A DNA stretch of 64,000 bases from an uncultured Acidobacteriota bacterium (GTDB lineage Bacteria; Acidobacteriota; Thermoanaerobaculia; Multivoradales; DATKCC01): the NCBI GenBank assembly GCA_963741925.1, contig CAVUJU010000003.1, positions 79,281 through 143,280 of the forward strand, read 5' to 3'. Below, one piece after another: positions 15,932 to 25,427 of the stretch. Made by a program: the position numbers and the translations under genes. Position 1 is the stretch's first letter. Each line of letters starts with the position of its first letter. The notes below the pieces were generated by a model. The model was not told the origin of the DNA, searched no databases, and worked only from the letters and a program-made list of their open reading frames with translations.

Positions 15932-17452
15932 ATGAGCGACGAGACACGAGCCACAGCCGCCTCCTCCGGGCCCGACCGCCGGACGCCCAAGGTCGCCTGG
16001 CGCAGCGAGGGCCTCCTCTTCGAGCGCAGCCGCCCCGGCCGCCTCGGCGTGACCCTGCCGGCGGCGGGCGTCGACCAGCCCCCGGCCGAGGACCTCCTCC
16101 CGGCCGACCTGGTGCGCGGCGAGATCGACGGGATGCCGGAGCTCTCCGAAGTGGACGTGATGCGCCACTTCACCCGCATCTCGCGCAAGAACTACTCCCT
16201 CGACCTGGGGGTCTACCCCCTGGGCAGCTGCACCATGAAGTACAACCCCCGGATCAACGAGGAAGTGGCCCGCCTGCCCGGCTTCGCCGCCAGCCACCCG
16301 CGCCAGCCGGCCTCGACGGTGCAGGGCAACCTCGCCGTCTTCTGGGCCCTCGAGCGGGCGCTCGTGGCGCTCACCGGCCTCGCCCGCGTCTCGCTCCACC
16401 CGGCGGCCGGCGCCCACGGCGAGTTCGCCGGCATGCTGATGGTGCGCTCGGCCCTCGACCGGCGCGGCGACCGGCGCAAGTACGTGTTGATCCCGGACTC
16501 GGCCCACGGCACCAACCCGGCCTCGGCCCACTTCGCGGGCTTCGAGGTCAAGGAGCTCCTCTCGAACGCCCAGGGCACCCTCGACCTCGCCGACCTCGAG
16601 CGGGCGATGACCGACGATGTCGCCGCCCTCATGCTCACCGTGCCCAACACCCTGGGGGTGTTCGAGAACCACATCCGGGAGATCGCCGAGATCGTCCACG
16701 CCAAGGGCGGCTTGCTGTACTGCGACGGCGCCAACTTCAACGCCTTCGTGGGCAAGGCCCGGCCCGGCGACATGGGGATCGACGTCCTCCACTTGAACCT
16801 CCACAAGACCTTCACCACCCCCCACGGGGGCGGCGGGCCGGGGGCGGGGCCGGTGGGCGTCTGCGACGAGCTGGTGCCGTTCCTGCCGGTCCCGACGGTC
16901 GAGCGCGGCGAGCAGGGCTTCTTCCTGGACCACGACCGCCCGGATTCGATCGGCCGTATCCGTTCCTTCCAGGGGCAGTTCGGCATGCTGGTGCGGGCGC
17001 TCTGCTACGTCATGGCCATGGGCGGCGAGGGGCTCGCCCGAGTGGCCGAGACCGCAGTGCTCAACGCCAACTACCTGAGACAGCGCCTCGAGGGGACCTA
17101 TCACCTGCCGTACACGTCGCCGTCGCTCCACGAGGTCGTCTTCTCGGACAAGCACCAGCACGAGCTCGGCGTCTCCACCCTCGACATCGCCAAGCGCCTG
17201 ATGGATTACGGCTTCCACCCGCCGACCATCTACTTCCCGTTGATCGTCTCCGGCGCCTTGATGATCGAGCCCACGGAGACGGTGGGCAAAGACGAGCTCG
17301 ACGCCTTTGCCGACGCCATGCTGGCCATCGCCCGCGAGGCCGAGGAGGAGCCCGACCTGGTCCACGGCGCGCCGTACACGACGCCGGTCGGCCGCTGCGA
17401 CGAGGCGGCCGCCGCCCGCCACCCCGTGCTGCGCTGGACGCCGGAAGAGTGA
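15932..17452 (+). CDS. gcvPB: Glycine dehydrogenase (decarboxylating) subunit 2
   Basis: Internal ATG of ORF 15818..17452. LSEVDVMRHFTRISRKNYS, GSCTMKYNP, LNLHKTFTTPHGGGGPG (PLP lysine region). Confidence 0.92.
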   Translation: MSDETRATAASSGPDRRTPKVAWRSEGLLFERSRPGRLGVTLPAAGVDQPPAEDLLPADLVRGEIDGMPELSEVDVMRHFTRISRKNYSLDLGVYPLGSCTMKYNPRINEEVARLPGFAASHPRQPASTVQGNLAVFWALERALVALTGLARVSLHPAAGAHGEFAGMLMVRSALDRRGDRRKYVLIPDSAHGTNPASAHFAGFEVKELLSNAQGTLDLADLERAMTDDVAALMLTVPNTLGVFENHIREIAEIVHAKGGLLYCDGANFNAFVGKARPGDMGIDVLHLNLHKTFTTPHGGGGPGAGPVGVCDELVPFLPVPTVERGEQGFFLDHDRPDSIGRIRSFQGQFGMLVRALCYVMAMGGEGLARVAETAVLNANYLRQRLEGTYHLPYTSPSLHEVVFSDKHQHELGVSTLDIAKRLMDYGFHPPTIYFPLIVSGALMIEPTETVGKDELDAFADAMLAIAREAEEEPDLVHGAPYTTPVGRCDEAAAARHPVLRWTPEE

Positions 17453-17530
17453 GGGGGCGCCAGCCGATCCGAGCCGCCGGGCGGGACGGGAAGGGGATCG
17501 AGGGGATGCGGGGGAGATCCGATTGACCAC
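17453..17530 (+). repeat. Single, variant copy of the G-rich core repeat
   Basis: GGGGGCG...GGGAAGGGGATCGAGGGGATGCGGGGGAGATCCGATTGACC begins directly after the gcvPB stop. Its tail contains the TTG used as the putative start of the next gene. Confidence 0.7.
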
Positions 17531-17894
17531 CCTCGAGATCCCCCTCTTCGGTCTGTTCCTGGCTTGCTGGCTGGCGGTGGTGGCCCACGGCGTGGGCCTC
17601 GTCTCCCTCGCGGCGGGGATCGACCTCTCCTTCTACCAGCTCTACTCGGTGGCGGCGTTCGTCGGCTGGCTCTCGGGCAACGTCTACGTCCATCGCCGCC
17701 GGCGCCTGCCCGCGATCTACCGGCGGCGGGCGGCCGCCCTCTGGCTGATCGGGCCTCAGGGCGTGCCGGCGCTGCTCCGGGCGATGGCGCCGATCGAGGT
17801 CCAGGCCGCGGCCCCCATGGTGCCCCTCTACGCGCTGGCGGTGGGGGCGATCTTCTTCTGCGTTCCCCTGGTCTTCGGCCGCCGCCCCCGCTGA
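17523..17894 (+). CDS. Small hypothetical integral membrane protein
   Basis: Tail of ORF 17307..17894. It has three to four hydrophobic helices (LFGLFLACWLAVVAHGVGLV, VAAFVGWLSGNVYV, PLYALAVGAIFFCVPLVF) and good GC3 bias. The start is uncertain (TTG 17523, or CTG/GTG a few codons later). Confidence 0.5.
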   Translation: MTTLEIPLFGLFLACWLAVVAHGVGLVSLAAGIDLSFYQLYSVAAFVGWLSGNVYVHRRRRLPAIYRRRAAALWLIGPQGVPALLRAMAPIEVQAAAPMVPLYALAVGAIFFCVPLVFGRRPR

Positions 17895-17901
17895 GGCGGC
17901 G

Positions 17902-20295
17902 CTACCCTTCCAGCGCCGCTCGCAACAACCGCTGCACCTCGGCCGGGTTGGCCTTGCCCGCGCTCGCCCGCATCACCTGTCCCACGAAGAAGCCGAGGAG
18001 CTTGGCCTCGCCGGCGCGCAGGCGCTCGGCCTCCTCGGGATGCTCGGCGAGCACCCGCGCGACCAGCGGCTCGAGCTCCGAGGCGTCGCTCACCTGCTCG
18101 AGGCCCCGGGCGCGGGCGATCTCCCGCGGGCTCCCGCCCCGCACGACGAGGGTCGCGAAGACCTCCCGCGCCAGGGGGACCGAGAGCGTCCCGTCGTCGA
18201 CCAGCGCCACCAGCTCGGCGAGCTCGGCGCCACCGAAGGGGAGCTCGGCGAGGGGCTGCTCCTTCGCCTCGCGGGAAAGGTCGTTCACGATCCAGTTGGC
18301 GATCCCGCGCGGGTCGTCGTGGCGCTCGAGGGCCGCCTCGAAGAGCGCCGCGCGAACCTCGTCCTCGGCCAGGATGCGGGCGTCCCGGGGGTCGAGGCCG
18401 AGGTCGTCCGCGTAGCGTCCGAAGCGGGCGAGGGCCGCCGCGTCCAGTCTCTCGCGGGGGTCGGGGGGCGGCGCCGGCGGGCCGCCGGCCGCCCCGGTGG
18501 ATCCCGCGGCGGCCCCCTCGTCCCTCTCCCGGGTGGTGGTCGGCTCCGGCTCCCGGGCCTCCTGCCGGGCCCAGCCGTCACGCAGGGTGACGATGCGGTT
18601 GAAGACCGGCGCGCCGTCGGCGCAGGACCCGGGGTCGAGGTAGAAGTAGCCCTGGCGCTCGAACTGGAAGCGGCTCCCCGGCGCGGCGGCGGCGACGGAG
18701 GGCTCGAGCCGCGCGCCGGCCCGGACGACCAGGGACTCGGAATTGAGATGGCTCCGGTAGTCATCGGGTCCGGCGCCGGGCCGGGGCACGGTGAACAGGC
18801 GGTCGTAGAGCCGCACCTCGGCCTCCATCGCGTGCGCCGCCGAGACCCAGTGGATCGTGCCCCGGACCTTCCGGCCGTCGGGCGCCGAGCCGCCCCGGGT
18901 CGCCGGGTCGTAGGTGCAGCGGACCTCGCTCACCCGGCCGGTCGCCTCGTCCTTGACCACCCCGGTGCAGCGGACGAAGTAGCCGTAGCGCAGCCGCACC
19001 TCGCGGCCCGGCGCGAGGCGGTGCCACCCCTTGGGCGGGGTCTCGGCGAAGTCGTCGCGCTCGATCCAGAGCTCGCGGGAGAAGGGGAGCGCCCGGGAGC
19101 CGGGCTTGCCCACGTCGCGAGGGAAGTAGGGCGCCTCGAGCTCCTCGGCTCGAGCTGGCGGGCCCTCCGGGTAGTTCTCGATCACCACCTTGAGCGGGTC
19201 GAGGACCGCCAGCACCCGCGGCGCCTCGGTGTTCAGGGCGTCGCGGATCGAGTGCTCGAGCAGGGCGACGTCGACCACGTTGTCGGCGCGGGCGACGCCC
19301 ACCCGGTCGCAGAAGTCGCGGATCGCTCCCGGCGGCACGCCGCGCCGGCGCAGGCCCGAGAGCGTCGGCATCCGGGGATCGTCCCAGCCCTCGACGTGCC
19401 CCTCGCGCACCAGCTCGAGGAGCCGGCGCTTCGAGAGCACCGTGAACGAGAGGTTGAGGCGGGCGAACTCGATCTGGCGGGGGCGGGGCTCGGGCTCGCC
19501 GACCGCCTCGAGGATCCAGTCGTAGATCTCCCGGTTGTTCTCGAACTCCAGGGTGCAGAAGGAGTGGGTGATGCGCTCGAGCGAGTCGGAGAGGCAGTGG
19601 GTGAAGTCGTAGAGCGGGTAGATCGCCCACTCGTCGCCGCGCCGGTAGTGCTCCGCGTGGCGGATCCGGTAGAGGAGAGGGTCGCGCATCTTCATGTTGG
19701 CCGCGGCCATGTCGATCTTGGCGCGCAGCACGGCGGCGCCGTCCGGCAGCTCGCCGGAGCGCATGCGCCGGAAGAGGTCCAGGTTCTCCTCGACCGACCG
19801 GTCGCGGTACGGGCTCTCCCGGCCGGTCTCGGTCACCGTGCCCCGGTAGGTGCGGATCTCGTCCTCGGAGAGGCTGTCGACGTAGGCGAGGCCCTTCCGG
19901 ATCAGGATCTCGGCGCGTTCGTAGAGCGCTTCGAAGTAGTCCGACGCGAAGTGGAGGCCGTCCCACTCGAAGCCGAGCCAGCGGATGTCCGCCTGGATCG
20001 ACTCGACGTACTCGGCCTCCTCCGTCTCGGGGTTCGAGTCGTCGAAGCGCAGGTTGCAGGTGCCGCCGTTCTCCCGCGCCACCCCGAAGTTGAGGCAGAT
20101 CGACTTGGCGTGGCCGATGTGGAGGTAGCCGTTGGGCTCGGGGGGGAAGCGGGTGGCGATCCGGGTGTGCTTGCCCGTGGCGAGGTCGTGGGCGACGATC
20201 GCGCGGACGAAGTCCCGGGGCTCGGCCCCACTCTCGGCTTCGGCGGTGGCTGCGCCGGCGGTGGGGCTCTCGGTGTCGGTCCTGTCGCCTGTCAT
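17902..20295 (-). CDS. glnS: Glutamine--tRNA ligase with C-terminal YqeY/GatB-tail domain
   Basis: ORF 17902..20295. Class I HIGH motif ([12 protein letters not shown]) and LSKR (VLSKRRL). GlnRS anticodon-binding domains are followed by a ~200-aa tail (IANWIVNDL...[19 protein letters not shown]) typical of YqeY/GatB C-termini. Confidence 0.88.
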   Translation of the reverse strand: MTGDRTDTESPTAGAATAEAESGAEPRDFVRAIVAHDLATGKHTRIATRFPPEPNGYLHIGHAKSICLNFGVARENGGTCNLRFDDSNPETEEAEYVESIQADIRWLGFEWDGLHFASDYFEALYERAEILIRKGLAYVDSLSEDEIRTYRGTVTETGRESPYRDRSVEENLDLFRRMRSGELPDGAAVLRAKIDMAAANMKMRDPLLYRIRHAEHYRRGDEWAIYPLYDFTHCLSDSLERITHSFCTLEFENNREIYDWILEAVGEPEPRPRQIEFARLNLSFTVLSKRRLLELVREGHVEGWDDPRMPTLSGLRRRGVPPGAIRDFCDRVGVARADNVVDVALLEHSIRDALNTEAPRVLAVLDPLKVVIENYPEGPPARAEELEAPYFPRDVGKPGSRALPFSRELWIERDDFAETPPKGWHRLAPGREVRLRYGYFVRCTGVVKDEATGRVSEVRCTYDPATRGGSAPDGRKVRGTIHWVSAAHAMEAEVRLYDRLFTVPRPGAGPDDYRSHLNSESLVVRAGARLEPSVAAAAPGSRFQFERQGYFYLDPGSCADGAPVFNRIVTLRDGWARQEAREPEPTTTRERDEGAAAGSTGAAGGPPAPPPDPRERLDAAALARFGRYADDLGLDPRDARILAEDEVRAALFEAALERHDDPRGIANWIVNDLSREAKEQPLAELPFGGAELAELVALVDDGTLSVPLAREVFATLVVRGGSPREIARARGLEQVSDASELEPLVARVLAEHPEEAERLRAGEAKLLGFFVGQVMRASAGKANPAEVQRLLRAALEG

Positions 20296-20356
20296 CGTCC
20301 GCTCCCGTGGAGCCCCGAAGCGTACTGGAAGCTCGCGGGCAATTGAAGGGCCCGGG

Positions 20357-21466
20357 TCACTCGGAGGGCTCGGCTCCCGGCGCTTCGCGCCGCTCGGCGA
20401 GCATGGCGTCGCCGTAAGAGTAGAAGCGATAGCCGCGCTCGACCGCCTCGCGGTAGGCGGCGAGCACCCGCTCGCGGCCGGCGAAGGCCGAGACCAGCAT
20501 GAGGAGCGTCGAGCGGGGGAGGTGGAAGTTGGTGAGCAGCACGTCGACCACCCGGAAGCGGTAGCCGGGGTAGATGAAGAGCTCCGTGCGGCCGGCGCCG
20601 GCCGGTACCGAGCCGTCGGGGCGGACGGCGCTCTCCAGGGTGCGCACCACGGTGGTGCCCACCGCCACCACCCGGCCGCCCCGGTCGCGGGCGGCGGCGA
20701 GGGCGCGGGCCGCCGCCGCCGCCACCTCCCAGCGTTCGGTATCCATCACGTGCTCGTGGACCAGCTCCGCGGTCACCGGCTTGAAGGTGCCGATCCCCAC
20801 GTGGAGCGTCACTTCGGTGCGCTCGACGCCCCGCTCCGCGAGCCGGGCGAGGAGCTCGGCCGAGAAGTGGAGACCGGCGGTGGGTGCGGCGATGGCGCCC
20901 GAGCGCCGCGCGAAGATGGTCTGGTAGCGCTCCCGGTCCGCGGGCCGGTCGGGCCGCTTGACGTAGGGCGGCAGCGGCACGTGGCCCAGGTGCTCGAGGT
21001 GAGGCTCGACCGGCTCGGAGAAGCGCACCAGGTGGCGGCCGTCGGCGAGCCCCGCGAGGACCTCGGCCTCGAGATCGTCGGCGAAGCGGATCCCGGCGCC
21101 GGGCCGGAGCTTCCTCCCGGGGCGCCCGAGGACCTCCCACTCGAGCGCTTCGCCGCCGGAGCGACCGGGCTCGCCGGCCCCGCCGGGGAGCCCTCCGCTC
21201 CGCGGCTCGACCAGCAGGAGCTCGATCCGGCCGCCGAGCTCGCCCCCTGCGAGCACGCGGCGGCCGTAGAGGCGGGCCGGGATCACCCGCGTGTCGTTGA
21301 CCACCAGGAGGTCGCCGGGGGCGAGCAGCTCGGGCAGGTCGGCCACGCGGCGGTGGCGCGCCTCGCCCCGGGCGTCGAGCACCAGCAGGCGGCTCTCCCC
21401 GCGCGGCGCCGGCTCCTGGGCGATCCGGTCCTCGGGAAGGTCGAAGTCGAAGTCCCGGGTCAGCAT
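20357..21466 (-). CDS. queA: tRNA preQ1(34) S-adenosylmethionine ribosyltransferase-isomerase
   Basis: ORF 20357..21481. [61 protein letters not shown]. The start is taken at the second Met because the first five codons lie inside the repeat unit. Confidence 0.9.
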   Translation of the reverse strand: MLTRDFDFDLPEDRIAQEPAPRGESRLLVLDARGEARHRRVADLPELLAPGDLLVVNDTRVIPARLYGRRVLAGGELGGRIELLLVEPRSGGLPGGAGEPGRSGGEALEWEVLGRPGRKLRPGAGIRFADDLEAEVLAGLADGRHLVRFSEPVEPHLEHLGHVPLPPYVKRPDRPADRERYQTIFARRSGAIAAPTAGLHFSAELLARLAERGVERTEVTLHVGIGTFKPVTAELVHEHVMDTERWEVAAAAARALAAARDRGGRVVAVGTTVVRTLESAVRPDGSVPAGAGRTELFIYPGYRFRVVDVLLTNFHLPRSTLLMLVSAFAGRERVLAAYREAVERGYRFYSYGDAMLAERREAPGAEPSE

Positions 21467-21528
21467 GGGTGCCCCCCGCATCCCCTCGGTCCCCTTCCCG
21501 CCCCACGGGGGGGAAGGGGAGGCCTCCT
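21467..21528 (-). repeat. Single copy of the G-rich core repeat, minus orientation, abutting the queA ATG
   Basis: The reverse complement reads GGAGGCCTCCCCTTCCCCCCCGTGGGGCGGGAAGGGGACCGAGGGGATGCGGGGGGCACCC, followed by ATG. Confidence 0.8.
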
Positions 21529-21599
21529 CCCGGCTTCCGAGGGGCGTGCGGTGGGGGGCACGGCGCCCCGCTCGTAGCTCGGGTTCCGAGCTGGCGAAG

Positions 21600-21738
21600 T
21601 CTCGCGCCGAGGCGCAGAGGCGCAGAGCCGGGGCACGATCGGGAAGGTCACGGCGGGGGATGTCCCAGGAGAGAGGCGGTGCTCCTGGGTCCCGCCCATC
21701 GATCGCCCTGCTCTGCGCCTCTGCGCCTCGGCGCGAGA
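21600..21738. repeat. Rod-like palindromic element (29-bp perfect arms, 81-nt spacer)
   Basis: TCTCGCGCCGAGGCGCAGAGGCGCAGAGC (21600-21628) is the exact reverse complement of 21710-21738. There is an inner hairpin TCCCAGGAG..CTCCTGGG. It lies just downstream of the MFS stop. Confidence 0.8.
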
Positions 21739-21778
21739 ACCTGACTCGTCGAGCTCGAGAGGTCGGGCACGGGCAGCT

Positions 21779-22978
21779 CTACGCGGCCCGGACCTGGCGC
21801 AGGACCGGCATCGCCACCGCCAGGGCCAGGACCATCAGGCCGGCCGCCGACCAGAAGGGCCAGGCCGGGCCCATGCGGGCGAAGGCCCAGCCGCCCCAGA
21901 TCGGCCCGACGCCGCGGGCGAGGGCGCCCAGGGAGCGGGTGACGCCCAGGGTGCCTCCCTGGCGGTGCTCCTCCGTCAGGCGGCTGATCAGGCCGAGGGT
22001 GGAGGGGTTGTGGAGCCCCATGCCGACGGCGAGCAGGGCGGTGGTCGCCCCGAGCAGGAGGAGCCGCGCCCCCACCGGCAGGAAGAAGAGGCCCAGGGCC
22101 ATGAGGGTGATGCCGGCACGCACCAGCCGGGGCTCGCCGAAGCGCTGGACCAGGCGCCCGAGGAGGCCGCCCTGGACGATCACCATCACCACCCCCAGGA
22201 AGGCGAAGAGCCAGGCGGTGGCGAAGAAGCCGAAGGAGAAGCGCTTCTCGACGAACAGGCCGAGGGTCGCCTCCATGTTGGAGAAGGCGAAGATGACCAG
22301 GAAGTAGAGCACCATCAAGCCGGCGACCGGGCGGTTGGCGGCGGCGCGGCGGAAGGACTCGCGGCTCAGCCAGCGGCCTTCGGGGCGGTGGCGCGTCTCG
22401 GGCGGCAGGGACTCGGGCAGGAGCAAGAAGGCGAGGACCAGGTTGACCACGGCGAGGACGCCGGCGGCCGCCGGCACGGCGGCGTAGCCGAGCCGGCCCA
22501 GGAGGCCGCCGAGCACCGGCCCGAGGACGAATCCGAGGCCGAAGGCGGCGCCCAGCAGGCCCATCCCCTTGGCGCGCTCCGCGGGCTGGGTGACGTCGGC
22601 GACGTAGGCCTGGGCGATCGAGTAGTTGGCGGCGGCGATGCCGGAGGCGGTGCGGGCGACGAGGAGAACGGTGAACGAGGGAGCGAGGGCGAAGAGCGCG
22701 TAGGCGGCGACGGCGCCGACGATGGAGCCCAGGAGGACGGGGCGGCGGCCGACGCGGTCGGAGAGGCGGCCCCAGAGGGGTGCGAAGACGAACTGGGCGA
22801 GGCTGAAGGAGGCGAAGAGCATGGCGACGCCGAAAGGGCTGGCGCCGTAGCGCTGGGCGTAGAAGGGCAGGAGGGGGAGGACCATGCCGAAGCCCAGGAG
22901 GTCGAGGAGGACGGTGAAGAAGACCACCAGGAGGGGGCCTCGGCGGCGGGGGGGAGCGCTGGAGGGCGGGGCGGGCAT
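21779..22978 (-). CDS. MFS transporter (drug:H+ antiporter-like, 12 TM)
   Basis: Internal ATG of ORF 21779..23458. LLDLLGFGMVLPLLPFY and GRLSDRVGRRPVL (MFS motif A). The upstream part of the ORF is repeat and low-complexity sequence. Confidence 0.85.
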   Translation of the reverse strand: MPAPPSSAPPRRRGPLLVVFFTVLLDLLGFGMVLPLLPFYAQRYGASPFGVAMLFASFSLAQFVFAPLWGRLSDRVGRRPVLLGSIVGAVAAYALFALAPSFTVLLVARTASGIAAANYSIAQAYVADVTQPAERAKGMGLLGAAFGLGFVLGPVLGGLLGRLGYAAVPAAAGVLAVVNLVLAFLLLPESLPPETRHRPEGRWLSRESFRRAAANRPVAGLMVLYFLVIFAFSNMEATLGLFVEKRFSFGFFATAWLFAFLGVVMVIVQGGLLGRLVQRFGEPRLVRAGITLMALGLFFLPVGARLLLLGATTALLAVGMGLHNPSTLGLISRLTEEHRQGGTLGVTRSLGALARGVGPIWGGWAFARMGPAWPFWSAAGLMVLALAVAMPVLRQVRAA

Positions 22979-23020
22979 AGGGGACGGAGTGTAGCAAGGC
23001 GCGGGGGGGGGGGCCGGGCC

Positions 23021-23089
23021 GGGGCGGAGCGGGGCTCCCGCCCGGGGCGGAGGCGGGCATTGTCCGGGGCGGGAGCCCCGCTCCGCCCC
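23021..23089. repeat. GC-rich inverted repeat (25/26-nt arms, 18-nt loop)
   Basis: GGGGCGGAGCGGGGCTCCCGCCCGG (23021-23045) pairs with CCGGGGCGGGAGCCCCGCTCCGCCCC (23064-23089), with one extra G. Confidence 0.7.
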
Positions 23090-23186
23090 TCCGCTCGTCG
23101 GCCGGGGAAGCGCGCCCCCTCCCGCCCTTGGGGGGAGGAGGTGGGGATCGGCGGGGTCGGCTGCCGGGAGGGTCCCCCCGCCCGCC

Positions 23187-23281
23187 CCGGCCGAGACAGA
23201 GCTCGGCCGCTTCAACCGGTATTGCGGCCCAGGCGCACTCGAACGCATGAAGCGGCCGAGCTCCGCCTCGGCCGGGCGAAC
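23187..23281. repeat. Two REP2 hairpin repeats in inverted orientation
   Basis: 23187-23213 (minus orientation) and 23249-23281 (plus orientation), separated by 35 nt. Confidence 0.75.
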
Positions 23282-23352
23282 GCCTCGGCGGGCACCGAGC
23301 GATCGCATCGGACTGCGCCGGCCGCTTCGCCCCAGGCCGCCGTCCGGGGCGA

Positions 23353-24432
23353 CTACTTCCGCGTTCTCGGGTCCCAGAGGTCTCTCAGGCGGTCGCCGAG
23401 GAGGTTGAAGGCCAGGACGGCGACGACGATCGCGAGGCCGGGGAAGGTGGAGATCCACCAGGCGGTGGTGAGGACCCCGCCGCCGTCGGCCACGATGTTG
23501 CCCCAGCTCGCCTTCGGCGGCTGGACTCCGAGGCCCAGGAAGGAGAGCGCCGACTCGGCGAGGATCACGTTGCCCACGGCGAGCGTCGCCTGCACCAGGA
23601 CGGGGTTGAGAGCGTTGGGCAGCAGGTGGCGGACGAGGATGCGGGCCGGGTGGAGGCCGAGGCTCCGCGCCGCGAGCACGAACTCCCTCTTCTCGAGGCT
23701 CAGGATCTCGGCCCGGACCAGACGACTGACCGGCATCCAGGAGGTGGCCGCGAGGACCAGGACGACGAGCGCGGTCGAGGGCCGGAAGAGGGCGGTGAGG
23801 GTGAGCACGAGGAAGAGCCAGGGGAAGGCGAGGAGGGCGTCGACGCCGCGCATCAGGAGCGAGTCGAGGAACCTCGGCCCGGTGGCGGCGAGCGACCCGA
23901 CGAGGAGGCCCACGGTGAGCGCCAGGGCGACGGTGAGGACCGCGATTCCGAGGGAGACCTGCGCGCCGTAGATGATGCGCGAGAAGAGGTCGCGGCCGAA
24001 CCCGTCGGTGCCCAGGAGGAAGACCCGGCGGTCGGCGACGCCGTCCGGCGTCAGGTTGGCGATCTCGGAGGCGGGGTAGAGAGTCGGCTCGTCGCCCCGG
24101 CGCTCGACCCTCAGCCCCGCGGCGGTCCGGCGCACGCGGTCGGCCAGCAACCAGCGCCCGTCGGCGAGCTCCACCGCGGCGAGGACGGTGCCCGGCGGAC
24201 GGTACTTGCCGGCGGCGGGGTCGAGCTGCTCGTCCGGGCGGTACGGGGCGATCCAGGGCGCGGCGAGGGCGACCCCCGCCAGGAGGGCGACCAGGAGGCC
24301 GCCGCCCGAGCGCGCCGCCGCGCGCCAGCTCCCGGCCGTGCGGCGGAGCGTCCGCCGGGCCGGGCGCTCCCGGCGCCCCGGGCGCCCCGAGCGCCCCGAG
24401 CGATCGATCCCCGGGGCCTCATCCACGAGCAT
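23353..24432 (-). CDS. ABC transporter permease (OppC/DppC-like)
   Basis: ORF 23353..24432. APWIAPYRPDEQ N-terminal motif, then a permease core with a binding-protein-dependent transport EAA-type loop (SRLVRAEILSLEKREFVLAARSLG). Confidence 0.85.
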   Translation of the reverse strand: MLVDEAPGIDRSGRSGRPGRRERPARRTLRRTAGSWRAAARSGGGLLVALLAGVALAAPWIAPYRPDEQLDPAAGKYRPPGTVLAAVELADGRWLLADRVRRTAAGLRVERRGDEPTLYPASEIANLTPDGVADRRVFLLGTDGFGRDLFSRIIYGAQVSLGIAVLTVALALTVGLLVGSLAATGPRFLDSLLMRGVDALLAFPWLFLVLTLTALFRPSTALVVLVLAATSWMPVSRLVRAEILSLEKREFVLAARSLGLHPARILVRHLLPNALNPVLVQATLAVGNVILAESALSFLGLGVQPPKASWGNIVADGGGVLTTAWWISTFPGLAIVVAVLAFNLLGDRLRDLWDPRTRK

Positions 24433-25393
24433 CGCGCACCCGCGGGTCGGCCGCTGCGTGCAGCATGTCGGCCAGGAAGTTCCCCGCCACCACGAGGGCG
24501 GCCGTGAGGGCGGTGACCGCCAGGATCACCGGGTAGTCGCGGGCCAGGATCGCCTCAAAGGCCGCGCGCCCCAGGCCGGGCCAGGAGAAGACCACCTCGA
24601 GCACCAAGGAGCCGTTGAGCAGGAAGGGCAGCGAGAGGCCCAGGAGCTGGATCACCGGCACCAGGGCATTGCGCAAGGCGTGCACCCAGACGACGCGCCG
24701 CTCGCTCAATCCTTTGGCCCGGGCGGTCCGCACGTAGTCCTCCTCGAGCACCTCGATCATCCGGTTGCGCACGAAGCGCACCGTGGCGCCGGCCGAAGCG
24801 AGACCCAGGACCAGGGCCGGCAGGAGGAGGTGACGCAGGAGGTCGACGAACGATGCCCAGGGGCCGAGGGTGTAGGCCTCGACCGAATGCATGTGGCTCG
24901 CGGGCAGGATGGGCCAGGCGAAGGCGAAGAGGAGGATCGCCATCAGCCCGAGCCAGAAGAGGGGCATGGAGTAGAGGAGCAGGGCGCCGGCCCGCAGGGC
25001 GGCGTCGGCGGGCCGGCCGCGCCGCCGGGCCGCCGCCACCCCCAGGGGCACGCCCACCAGGTACTGGACGGCGAGCGCCGCCCCCGCCAGGAGGAAGGTC
25101 GGACCCATCGCCTGGCTCAGGACCCGGGTCACCGGCCGCCCCTGGGAGATCGAGGTCCCCCAGTCCCAGGAGAGGACCACGGCCTTGAGCCAGACCAGGT
25201 ACTGGACGAGGAGCGGTCGGTCGAGGCCGTAGACCTCGCGCAGCCGCCGAAGGCTCGAGGCGGTCCCCCGCTCGCCGGCCAGGATCACCGCCGGGTCGCC
25301 GGGCGCCAGGTGGATCAGGAAGAAGGTGACGGTGAGGACGAGGAAGAGCAGCAGGACCGCCGCGGCCAGCCGTCGGATGAAGAGGCTTCCCAT
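24419..25393 (-). CDS. ABC transporter permease (OppB/DppB-like)
   Basis: ORF 24419..25393. FIRRLAAAVLLLFLVLTVTFFLIHLAPGDP and YVRTARAKGLSERRVVWVHALRNAL. It overlaps the downstream permease by 14 nt. Confidence 0.88.
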   Translation of the reverse strand: MGSLFIRRLAAAVLLLFLVLTVTFFLIHLAPGDPAVILAGERGTASSLRRLREVYGLDRPLLVQYLVWLKAVVLSWDWGTSISQGRPVTRVLSQAMGPTFLLAGAALAVQYLVGVPLGVAAARRRGRPADAALRAGALLLYSMPLFWLGLMAILLFAFAWPILPASHMHSVEAYTLGPWASFVDLLRHLLLPALVLGLASAGATVRFVRNRMIEVLEEDYVRTARAKGLSERRVVWVHALRNALVPVIQLLGLSLPFLLNGSLVLEVVFSWPGLGRAAFEAILARDYPVILAVTALTAALVVAGNFLADMLHAAADPRVRDARG

Positions 25394-25427
25394 CGGCTCT
25401 CGTCCGGTCGCGGCGTGGCGCCCGCTC

